NCBI GenBank assembly: GCA_000320545.1
Contig: ADNK01000904.1
Location: 120,861 to 184,860, forward strand
Length of the DNA stretch: 64,000 nucleotides
Source: Bigelowiella natans CCMP2755
Lineage: Eukaryota > Protista > Cercozoa
Reading direction: 5' to 3'
The notes below the pieces were generated by a model. The model was given only the letters and a program-made list of their open reading frames with translations, was not told the origin of the DNA and did not search any database. The position numbers and the translations under genes were made by a program. Below are positions 1 through 12,136 of the stretch, one piece after another (the first letter of the stretch is position 1; every line of letters begins with the position of its first letter).

Positions 1-1149
1 GCAGAAGGACTAGCGCCTACCCAAGGGTTGGCAAACATCTTCTTGAATGGAATGTCGCCGGCGCTCTATTATTGTGGAAATTGCAGTATTATTTGGCCGC
101 TACCGCTTCTTCGGCATCATGCATGATCAAACTGATAACGAAGTACGATAGAATGTGCTAGTGCTCATCACCTTGTCGCTCTTCCATACATCGTTCTTGA
201 GTCCCAGCTTCCAGAAGTAACTTTCTTCAGTGAATTTTACCTGCGAGTATTCTTCCTATTAGCGGTAGTAGGAGTAGTAGTAGTGGCAAGCTGCTCGATC
301 TTCTCTTCATCCTATCCTTCGAGAGCCCTCCTCTCTTCCCTTCCCCCACCCCCCCCCTCCCAGCTATCTCTTTGGAGAACAACGTGACTTACATGATTGA
401 CGACGTTGCTGATGTCATCGACGTAGAAGATGATCTCATCCGGGGACCAGTAGAGCCCGAAAATGTGGAAGCTGTTCGTGCAACGAAGGAAGGAAGAAAG
501 GAAGGCAGGGGGGGAGGATGGAAGCTACTCTCAGTCTCCCTGAAAGGGACTTTGGCACTACTGCTACTGCTACTACTACTACTACTACTACTACTACCAC
601 TCTACTACTGTACTGACTCTTTAGAAAAGTCGGAGGTCTTGAGCGTGTACGTTCCCATAGTTTCAGCAAATCCATCCACATTATATGCCGGTCCCCAGTG
701 GAGAGTGGCGCCATACGAGTCGCATCCCATGTGCTGCCCAGTGCTGACGGGGAAGAGGAGGAGGAGGAGAGGAGGAAAGAAAGGAACGTCTACAATCAGC
801 TGATAATCATATTCACTGCTTCCTGTTCAAAGCTAAGGCGTGCACACGCAAACGCACACGCAAACGCACACGCAAACGCGCGCGCGCGCGCGCACACACA
901 CACACAAAACACATTTTTCTTACTTTGAGATGTATGAAGGCGCATTTCCCCGGGATTCCATGATGTCGATCTGACACCGTTAACGATCATGATTCACATA
1001 TTATTATTAAAATTGGAAGAAGAAGGCTTATTTCAGAATAATGATTACCTCTCCCGAGTTCGGCCAGGGACCATAGACATTGTCTTGTGGCAACATCCAA
1101 ATGGCTGACGATAGATACATACGAGGATAATTGATAAGGAATGGTGATA

Positions 1150-1180
<31 letters not shown>

Positions 1181-1272
1181 TGAAGATGATGGGCCCAAAT
1201 AACATGCGTTTTGCAACAACTAACACGTCATCATCGAGCTGCTGGGTGTTTCTCTACTACCACTACTACCTT

Positions 1273-1304
<32 letters not shown>

Positions 1305-1378
1305 GCCACTGAGACTTGCCTGGCCATAGCCAGTCCCCCCTTGGTAGTGTAGCTCGGACTTCCACCTGACGACGCAGC

Positions 1379-1416
<38 letters not shown>

Positions 1417-2917
1417 GCAAGTACTTCAGTTCTCTATGTCGCTCAGCCTCCTCCTCTTTCTCCTCATCGTCATCGTCACGAAGAGATGTCGATAAAGCAA
1501 AACAGAACAAACACGGCAGTACGTTTTCCGCCATCATCCATTCAATCAAGCTAAGCTGCTGATTACCCTTCCATACTTAATGCTGAACGACTCGGCGGTC
1601 CGCACTCGTGAGCTCTGTAAGTAGTTCACTGGGTTGTCCTGCGTGGCGATACGCTCGCAGCCTGTAGTGGTACACGTTGGCTATGTTTGAGGGGGGGCAT
1701 GCTGCACACATTGGTAATATACAAGAAACACTCCAGGATACACCTAGTTTGTCTAGAGAATTTTAAGACCCAGGAGGGAATGAAAGAGAGAATAATCTAG
1801 GGAGGAAGCAATTCTCACCAAAGAACTGGTTGCCAGTACACGTATCCGCAGGTGTAGATCCTTAACAACAAACAAACAGCAATCAAAGACTGAAACGATG
1901 ACCAATGGGATAAGACGATGTAATTTCATATTTGGTATGATTCGTCGCCTCGTTGTTACATGCTGTTTTCTAGCGCACAGTTCGGTATTGAAGAGTACAT
2001 AAGTGGTATAATACTCTGCTATTAATTATTACCCCACATGTCTACACGATTCATCGCCCACTGAGGCTGCCCTCCTACAGCTGGGTTGTCACCGACAACC
2101 AACTAGAGAGATATTCCATCAATGCACAATATCACATCACCTTGTTTCTCAAAGTGGACAAATGGAGGTTGGATTAGACCAACCGACATAGTGCTCAGTA
2201 ATGATCTCGAAAATAAATTGAAAGCAATGAAGATGAATTAGCTAGACCTTCTTTCCATAGACATCCGACGTGAGGGTCGGCTTCATGAATAGGACCTGCA
2301 TAATTCGGGAAATCATTACTTTCAATAGCCATCTAAGTGTGTGATTTGGTAGGTCACAAAGTGGCCTGAGTTTTCGCAATTGCCATCATAATTCCCCGCT
2401 CTCCTCTTTTTATTTATTCATTCGTGCTTACAAACCCCATCTCTGACGTATGAGTTACGCCTGGAGTTGACGTACATTTCGAACTCCCAATTTCCACCTA
2501 TATACAACAATGTAGAGGTGACTACATGCAACACGCAGATTTCCCTGCGAAAGGGTTAAAGCGTTGCTCCACGCGTGAAACTACCTCCTCCCATCGTCAG
2601 TTCGTGTTTCCATTTCCGCATATTCCTTGTTTGTATTTAGTAGGTTAGTGGAATTTGCGAATTCATTTGTAAAAAAAAGGGTTGAGCATGTGTTCTCACA
2701 GTTCATTGAAGTCGTCATGAAATACAAGGATCTCGTTGTAGTCTCCCACAGCACTGCAATATGTAAATCAAACTGTTAGGAAGATGAAATGAATTTTAGT
2801 TCTGTAACTATGTGGAGGAAGTGGCTGTGGTTTTCGAAGAGAGGTGAACCTGGCTCCTGTTAGGCATAGGGCCAGTGTCAACAAGGGTTTCAATGCGGCA
2901 GACGCACTGTTTTGCAT
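1..2917 (-). CDS. Secreted GH16 beta-1,3-glucanase (laminarinase / beta-glucan recognition protein type), multi-exon; 3' end runs off the window
   Basis: Hand-spliced exons give [152 protein letters not shown]. This includes the GH16 catalytic EIDIME motif and an N-terminal signal peptide. Confidence 0.93.
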
Positions 2918-3951
2918 CTTTTCTTCTTATCTGTTCCAGAGAAGATTTGTACAAACACGACGTTTATCAGCAATTTAGACGTCATGCGACTTAGGGCCGG
3001 AGATAAATATCGTAACACGAATCGAAGCACCATACACTTGATGGCAAATGGGAAAAGTATCGATACGATCATTGCACAACATGGCAAGAAAGTTGATGTT
3101 CATCAAACTTGAACGTAGCGTGTGTTCTTTAATCTTAGTGGAGAGAGGAGATTTCATCGTATGACCAAAAACAATCATCACAAAAAACAATCCAATCGTA
3201 TCGATCCGATTGGTGTCGGGGTGGTTGCGGCCCAAAGTCCGTGAGTCTCACCGTTGCAGTGATACGAAGTCAGGGGGGGGATGGCACAGTGATCCGGCAA
3301 ATTTGGGGAATTGGATGTGGTATTGGGAGTGCGACTTAGAAAACTCTTAGTTCAGATACGAGAAGTCACCTAGAAGCAGTCAGAAGCAGGACCTTTAACA
3401 CTCTGTTTTCTCCTAGACTTAAAACGAACCCTGCATTTCTCCTCCTTCACAGCGTATCTCACTGAGACGTAATGAGAAAACACAAGGTCTTCGCCGTGCT
3501 GCGACAAGTATCAGGTTGGCGCCTTTTCCAGGTGCGAGTACTATTGCGGAAGAAGTGGGGAGAAAAAATGCAGGAGAAACCGGGAAGAAATCGGTCTCGT
3601 TGCAGCTATTTCCGAGAAATCAAGATCGTGTAGGGGGTGTAATGTAGAATGATATCTGTCTAATTTTTATCGTGTAAACATCTAGATCTAGTGATGAATG
3701 AATGTTGTTGCCATTATTGTTGTTTATGGCAAATTGCACAAAGAGCCCACAACCTACACCTACTGTCCGACGACGACGACGTTGGTGGTGGTGGTGGTGG
3801 TGGTACCGTACTATCGGCCTTCTATCGTAATACAAGGTCGTATCCTAGTTGAGGGGACCCAACTCTTGGCATTAAATCAAGTTTTTATAGCATTGATTTC
3901 GCTTTGTTCCAGTCATAAAAACAAGCCGAGGTGGCTTTCCGACTACACCAG

Positions 3952-5341
3952 ATGGTATCACTCATCATAATGACGGTTCTGCTGTCATTCGCAGGTAACC
4001 AATCGTTATTTTTTATAAATTTATGTCGGTGTTAGATCCTATAACTCTGCTACATTTAGTCCAGCCAATTCCCCTTCAACCAAAGTCGATGCTTCGAACC
4101 AGCAGGCGAAACCTGGCAACTAAACTTTTTAGCTCATCGTTGCAAGTAAAGCAATCGAATTTGAATAGCTTCATACCTCTGAAGCACTCAAATCGGCACC
4201 AAAACGTAAAGAAGCGGGACTTGGGCATTGGCACACATGCGTCAAATGGGCGGCGTGAAATACTTCGTATTGGCAGCCTGTTGAGTGTTGTAGGTGGGGT
4301 TCAACTGAGCTTAGGTCGAAGACCAGCTTACAGTAAAGGTAACCAACAACCTTGTTTTCTGCGATGATGGGGTTCTACAGTCTTATTCAAGGTTTTGAAT
4401 GCTTGTTTGTCAAACTATACAGAGACTGAGGAGCCTTTCTACTTCGACTTTGACGAAGGCCATCTTGGTAAAGCGGATTTTAATGCCAGAAATTGTGGTA
4501 TTTTTAATGGTTTTTATAAACAGCGGCGTTGATTCCTCCCGGCTACACTAACGTTGAGAATGAAGTGGTAAGAGGACTATGCAAGTATATATGATGGAGA
4601 CAATAATCCACACAAATTTAGGGGCAAAGTAACGAACTTCCCACGTATCTCATGACTCCAGACGCGGTAGCGCAGAGGGAATTGAAGAAAAAGGTGCTCA
4701 TGTGCTCGATATGAGGCCGTGGCTTCATTTACAGTTTTCTATCAGAATAAACACTATCGTAGAACGAAAGTGAAACTGATGGCCATATAAATGAATCAGA
4801 GCTTCCAGCAATTGCGAAATTCTAAGTCAAATTCCTCAATAATATTCACCACGTAATTCATTATTTTGTACTCACAGTACGCATCTTTACTCATAAGTTC
4901 TATTTGTTACTATCTTCGCTTCTTCAAATACATCGGATTCAGAACTCCGTGCTCATCTTTTAAGATCTCTTTTACTCGCGTGAACGACATTTCCGACTAT
5001 GGAACACTCACGGTCATTCTAATGCCGCTCTAGTCATGGTTGCTGTTCGTAATTTCGACCATTAACAGGAGGTTGGAAAATATGTGCTACCCTCTGTGCT
5101 AAAGGATCTCAGGTGTTTGCCTACATCTTGAAATATGTATATGTGTGCTAGATCTAAAGTTACATTTCACAGAATGAGAGAAAGGAAGGAAGAATTTGCA
5201 GAAAGGAAAACAGGTTCGATTATAGTCTTCTTGATGTACTATAAATGGCTTACTTTCAACTTTACTTAGTGCGAGGCGTTGTCAAACCACCTTCCAGGCT
5301 ATACTATAGGTTTCAGACCGAACACACACACACACACACAT

Positions 5342-5374
<33 letters not shown>

Positions 5375-5870
5375 ATATGAACATATTTGTATATTGATAT
5401 TCCACCCACTTATAGATATCAACATCAGTGATCTCATCTAATTTTGGTGTCGAAAATTACTAGATATGATTTCACAACGCAAGATGGACTTGATCATATC
5501 GCCATAAAGTACTTTGTAACATAATCAAAAGTTAATAGTAGACAACATGAAGACTTGTGATCGATTGATTTGTTGAAGAGTGCAATGTGGTGACCTTGCA
5601 ACCTTACCTTTTAATGTTTTTGAAACATCTTTGCAGTCTAGCTGTTGTCAAGGGGTTCGTTTATACAATGACCGTAACATGTCCTCAGGTGAGCACAAAT
5701 AAAACGCAAGAATGTTATATTGTAACACGGAGTTTATATTACATATTCATGTGCCCGTTATTGACGCGAAAAAATAATCTTTGCCTCGTGAACTTGTGGG
5801 ATTTTAGGCCGTTTGGTCGGATGAGGAGGCGGAATTATTGGCATCAATGGAAACTATGACCGTTGCTTGA
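3952..5870 (+). CDS. PsbP-domain (PPD-like) thylakoid lumen protein, multi-exon
   Basis: Leader = hydrophobic signal MVSLIIMTVLLSFA, then S/R/K-rich transit peptide, then twin-Arg RREILRIGSLLSVVGG..PAYS. C-terminal exons read RLYYRYDFTTQDGLDHIAI-LAVVKGFVYTMTVTCPQAVWSDEEAELLASMETMTVA*, matching the PsbP pattern YYxY..H...GxLYT....W. Middle exons are uncertain. Confidence 0.75.
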
Positions 5871-6669
5871 GAGAGTGGCTAAATTGCCGTCATGGCTATG
5901 TGGCGTATAATTTGATCAGCAAAGCTTCAGCATATTAATTAGCACCATTCCCCATGGTGTCGTCAGAATGAACATAGTACCGATACACGATTCGCAGCAG
6001 ATCGATTTGTAGGCTCTTAATGCAACGTGTTGTGTGTCACATGCAAGCACATGCATTGTGTGAGATGTATCAGTCGAAGCACACATCAACTGTATCCGAA
6101 CTTCAGATGATCATAGCTCGCGGCTTGTTTGCTGACATGCCGCATCAATCATGCCATGCATCCATGGACGCAATCGTGTATACGCATGCGCGCACACTTA
6201 CAAGTTTGACTGCATGTGGTTGAACCACTATGTCACACGTCAAAGGGACGCATTGCACTGCTCACGTACACGAGTGCTCGCCTCTTACATTCATGGCATC
6301 CTCATACACCAGCGAGCAGACCTAAGCCTGTAGCCTGCACGTTGTACCATGACTGCGATGCTAACCGAGCAATAATGACATGGCATGCATGGCACGCACG
6401 TACGATACGTATGGAGTAGTGTGGTGCATGCATCCTGCTATGGCGACATTACAAATGTTCATTGGCAAGGGAGCGGCCTTGCACTCGCAGGTGCGGGTGC
6501 GTACGTATGCATGTGTCAAATTCTACATGTTAGTTATTGATCCAATGTAGTTTGCTCGGGGGAAAACAGTATCCCATATATTAATGCCGACGTTCATCCA
6601 TATCAAAATAACAAGATAAATTGGCGCTACACACCAAAGGAAGTGTTTCAAATGAAACTCCTGTGATCC

Positions 6670-8252
6670 TTATTCTTTTTTGGAGTCTCCTGTAATAGAA
6701 CCCCTCTTTGCTTTTATATCTTTCTTAACCCATGGTGCAAGGCCATCTCTTGGCCTGGAAGATACTAAAGAAAAACATAAATTTAATGTTGCTCGGATTG
6801 CGATTGCACTATAAATGACCTTTCTTCAGTTTTTGACGAGGGCCTTTGGATTTTAGTTTACCCAAAGTTTTGGTACGTGAATCAATGTTTGGGGTTACCT
6901 AAAAATACCGATAAACTAGTAAAGCAATTGGCTATGTTATCTTATGGTGTAATAAAGACCTTGGTCTTAGTCTTATTGAGCATAGCCTTCTTTGCCCCGC
7001 CAAACATAGCGGCCATAGCAGCCATTTTATTGCGACCAGCCTGAAGTTTTGCTTTTTTTGCCTACGTGGCAGTATAAAATAAGAGATTGCTGGTACTCTT
7101 AATGCAAGATGTAATACCTGCTCTTCGGCTTTTTTCTTCTTCTCAAGGGCAGCTGCTCCACTTTCTTTTTTCCCCTTCTTCTTCGCAGCATTGAGGGTAA
7201 GTTCAATTCGGTTCATGGCTGTAAGATCTATTCAATGACGCATTTCTTAATTTGGAAACATTCTCTGAAAATTGAGCTTTTGGATACCTTGAGACATCAT
7301 CTGTTCGATTTCATTACGTGCAGCTTTGCCCAAAACCCCCCCTTTCTCAGCTCTTTTCTCCAACTTTGCCATTTTCTTCTCTCTAAGAAAAAAAATGATG
7401 AGTGTGAAATTGTTGCAAAATCTCCAAATCGTTGATGCACAACCTTGCTCTCTTCTTCGCGGTAAACTCTTCGATTGCTGCGACCAACTTAGGATCGAGA
7501 CCCATGGGAAGGGTAAAAAGTTCTTCTAGGAGCTTTGGGCCACATCCTGTAACCTAATAATATGTCTCTTCAACGCTTCGCAATTGCCTCATTCCGAAAA
7601 ACGAATACCCCAACTCCGTCGTTGGAAAGGTCCTCAGTCATTTTTTTCTCAGTACGATTGTAGTAAGATTTCAAAATCATTGCCTGTAAATTAAAACGTT
7701 AATATCAGTCGTTCTTTCCATGCTAAAATGAAAGTACCTTGTAGTGCAACAGAAGATACTCGACGAAGCAAATTCGTCCGTCTGAATTTAAATCAATATC
7801 CTTGCATTCCTTCTTCCTTTCAAGCCCAGTCCTAGTCTTTCCGTTTTGCTAAAATATGTTGGAATGTTATACAAGAACTCCAACCAGGAACGTAGGTCTC
7901 GAGAAATTAAAGAAGCAAGAACAACCTGAAGGAAGTTCGAGGCTTGGACATGGTTGAGATCCCTTTTCTCAGTTTGATCCTTCAGGTACTTTTTGAATTT
8001 TTTGCTGAGATCACAGACCTATAACACACTATTCTCACACTAGTTCCGGAAGAAGTGAGAGGTATCATCTTAAGAACACCTCTTTCCACGAGTCTCCGAG
8101 CTCGAAAATGAAACTCTTGAGGAAGAACTGAAGCCAAATGACATCACTTCAATATCTTGATTCGTTCAAGGATGTAAGTAACTTACTTCCAGCTGTGCGT
8201 CAGTGTCCTTTGAGACAAGTGCATCGAATTTCCCTTGAAGGTCCTTAACCAT
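6670..8252 (-). CDS. EF-hand calcium-regulated actin-bundling protein (Dictyostelium ABP34-like) with a C-terminal WH2/thymosin-like tail
   Basis: Spliced product MVKDLQGKFDALVSKDTDAQLE..DLNHVQASNFLQQNGKTRTGLERKKECKDIDLNSDGRICFVEYLLLHYK (EF-hand)..GVLGKAARNEIEQMMSQDLTAMNRIELTLNAAKKK (resembles the F-actin-bundling C-domain)..QKLKKVSSRPRDG..KKE*. Confidence 0.75.
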
Positions 8253-9474
8253 GTTGTTCGATGTTGGTGGAGGGGCAATGCAGAAGGCCAAAAATAGTTG
8301 ATTTCTCAGCTTTAGGGAAATAATTTTTTCCAAGCCGAAAGCGCATCTGACCTGTCAATATGACATGCGACAACATTTTTATCAGGTACAGAAATTAAAA
8401 CAGATATAAATAATCCACTTGCGTGGAAATCCTAGAGCTTGTGGCTTCTTCACCTGGTGGCGGTAGTTACCCACACTACCCCCAGGAAATATCTACGCCC
8501 GTTTTGTTGTGAATGCAGGGGTTTTCCCCCCTGCGTCAAAATTTCGTTCTCGAAACGACGCCCGATTGCAATGCCCAGGAGATCGATCTTGCTGAGGGGT
8601 CGATGATGCCATGATCTGACCTCTTCATTCATTCATGATGATGGACACAGTGATGTCCATGATCATGCATTCATGGTGTTCCTCCGATTGATTCACTTTC
8701 GCTAACGAGTTGAAACTCTACCCCTGCCTCTTCACACAACGTCCTCTTCTGTTCATGACGTCGTGACGCAGGTGGAACAGCTAGTCGCACAGGAACCACG
8801 ATGACGATTGGCCTGCGGTGCATCGGAATCCTTTCTCGCCGTTTTCTTCCACGTTTTTTTCTGCTCTTTCTTGTTGTGCAGGTTGAAATCTTGCTCACTC
8901 ATTTGGAAGATGCTCACTCCATGCTGGCCATTTTCAACAACGGCGGGAAGGGCACCGTGAAGCATGGGAGTTCGTGAAAGTCACTTGTGTGGTCACTGGG
9001 TCATTGATCGCTGCGTCTCTCTAGACCTTTGTCTGTGGACAAAATTGATTGCCTTCCGCCGATCTAGCGATCGAACAGCTTGCAAGGCAAACGTGATGCT
9101 GTGAAATGGAGATGGACAGCAGGCATGGTTGTGGCAATCTCATGATCGCTAGATCGGCTGCACCGCACACGTGCTCCAACCTGGCAGCCGCGAGTGCTAG
9201 AGTGTGTAACTTTTGATCTGCACATGCATTTGTGGTGTTGTATGTGATGCGTAGATTTTGCAACGCAGTCTCGCGCGTGCGGCTGCGATGCTGTGCGTTG
9301 CCAATCATGACTGCTTCTTCACCATCTTGTACATTGGTCACTGTTGCGATGCACCAATTCGGTCGTTTCAAACGTCATTCGCAAATTGTGCACAATCTGG
9401 CCCATTGAGTGACTGCAATGTGCTAGTAATCCAACTAACTGCTCAGTGTTTACTTGATCATTGCTTGCCAATCA

Positions 9475-11357
9475 TCATTGATGGGATCCATCATCTACCA
9501 AATCTTCCCACATGGATGGATCCTCCATCATGTAGTTGTTACCTGTCACCTTCGGCTGTGCGTACAAATCAACCGACTTCATCCCTGCAATCAGAAGCCG
9601 TACACGCATGAGGGTCATTGAATAATAAGATGTGTGGATTGATGCCGATTCTGTTATCTCACTTCTCAATATTCTCCGTCTAGAGCCAAAAACAATGCAC
9701 TTCTTCCTTTTCGTTTTTCCCTCTTCAGAGAGGGTTCAACCAACATTGCAAGCACAACTTTTGTTTCTTCCACAAAAACAAAAAACATGAAAATATTTCG
9801 CAAGAAAAAGCGTAACGACCAGTATATTGGATGTTATGCCAGTACTCATTTGTGTCTGGCGCCCCAATGTATCCCTGATTAATAAAAGAATCGGTTCAAA
9901 CACATTCGATTGTAAACTGTTTGAAGCACATGCTAAAATTACGGAAGTCGTTTTTTTTATTTCATTTTTTTCCCACAAGCTCTGTCTTGTGTCGACGTAG
10001 CTCTTTTTCACCCATTGTTTCTACCCAAAAGAAATTTACGAAAGCTATGCTGATCATAATGATGACTAGTTAAAATATGAGCCAAAGCATCGGTTTTCAG
10101 GCTCCTCTCACTTTTTGCTCTTCAAAACATTCATTGATTACCCGCATGCGGAAAATATACGAGGTAAACGTGCTTTTCTGTGTTCCGAAGAACCGCCGCC
10201 CCCCGGCGCATATGGTCTGTTCTATAATGTTGATAACCTAGAAGATTATCGATTGGAAGGACGATTAGTCCGGCAATGGATTAGAGTCAGTATATGGGAT
10301 GACATCAAGAATAAAGACAACGATTAGCACCTTATCGGAGTACTGGACATTCTGAGCCTCTCGCACCACATCCTTCCACTGGTATACGGTGTGCTTTTCC
10401 CTTAACGCATCAAAGAATCCTATGGCAACAGAGTATTAGTATAGGTAGTCGCTATATAGAATAGCCGTATAGAATAGCCAACGACAGCAACAATAATAAC
10501 CACAAAGCCGGACTGCACTGATTATCATTACTATCATGTATCATCATTGTGCTTTCTAATACCATCGTTCGTTTCATCGGTAGCCACATACAGCGTTTCA
10601 CCTGCAGTTCAGGCATTTGTATCAAGCTTGGGTCATCACAATATCATAATTATCATCATCATCATCATCATCGTCATCATCATCATCACTGTAGCAGCAG
10701 CAAATGGGATGACCGGGGTAGAGGAGCTGGTCGATGTTCCTGAGAGTAGCCTTCGCGTTCTGAAACACCTCTTTGTACCTAATTACAAAGGAAGGAGAAT
10801 AAAGCAACAGGTGTATGGACGCTGTTGTTATGCTTTCGAGGGAGGAAATTGTCGTACAAAACTTTCTTGCATTTGAGGACTAGCAACGTGTATTTTCTAG
10901 GGTGCTAGGGGCTATAACTACGACGTATTTCCCTGAGACTTACTGGAGATCATTTCTTCGGATGTGGACCGCAGAGTAGGCAAATAATCTATTCAGCGAA
11001 TGCACGGTAAAATGGGATCAGAAGCAGAAAATAGGATAACTAAGAGAGAATACACCACAAGAACTACATGAAACCAAATAAATACACAGTCTTTGGCCAT
11101 TCATGAAAATTGTTGGCCAAACTTTCCACTTTAACATCGTACAATATCGTACAATAAAGAATTTACATGCACGATATTTCCACGCTTCGATTCCCCCCTT
11201 CCCCCTCCTGCCCCATTCCTCTGACCCCATCTTCGCAATCATATGGCTGGCAGCTTCGAACACTACGCGTGGATAGTGGATGTGATCGCGCCAAAATCGC
11301 TGATTTACCAAAACTATAAGTCTACGAGGAATTAATAATGATGGTATGCAGATACAT

Positions 11358-11422
<65 letters not shown>

Positions 11423-12068
11423 CATATATGTATTAATGTATATTGTGTACGCGTGTGTGTTTAGGTGTGTGTACACCTTAAACTGGACTTCGCGCTGTTT
11501 ATCGGCGAAAAGCACAGAGTTTGCAATTTGCCCCAAGTATCGATATATTCCTGCGTACCATAGACGACAACGACGAAGCAGACAAAGAAGAAGAAACACA
11601 CACACACACACACACACACGCACGCACACACACACACACACAAACTATTAAACTACTGCTCACGTCACCACGTTACCCACCATTACTACTATCACCGCCA
11701 TCACTGGCACCAGCAGCGCCCTACATCAGTAGTGAAATTGAGACAAGGCCTTCTAGGCCACGCACACACACACACACACGCACACACACACACACTCAAT
11801 ACGCACAGACATACAATACTACCTTGATCACCGTTGGGGCCATGACAGGAAGGGTAATGTATGACAGGCTTATTTTGTAGCCCCCCTTGTTGGAAATCTA
11901 CGGGGCTTTTGCCTTGCTTGAGGTTGTCCTTCTTGTTCGATGTCGACGATTCGTAGACCGCTATGGAGGGGTCTAGAACAACCGTTTTCAAAGGACTCCA
12001 CGGCTGGCCTAGGATAGATAGATGAACGACATAGACGATAAGTAACATCAACACAACACCATCCCCCC

Positions 12069-12136
<68 letters not shown>

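Noticed and set aside
8496-9420. CpG-methylation decay as the cause of the CA/TG excess
   Set aside because: CpG remains frequent in the tract. The missing dinucleotide is TpA.
10115-11900. Plus-strand gene suggested by ORFs at 10115-10327 and 11346-11880
   Set aside because: They overlap exons of the minus-strand O-fucosyltransferase, which carry the conserved motifs.
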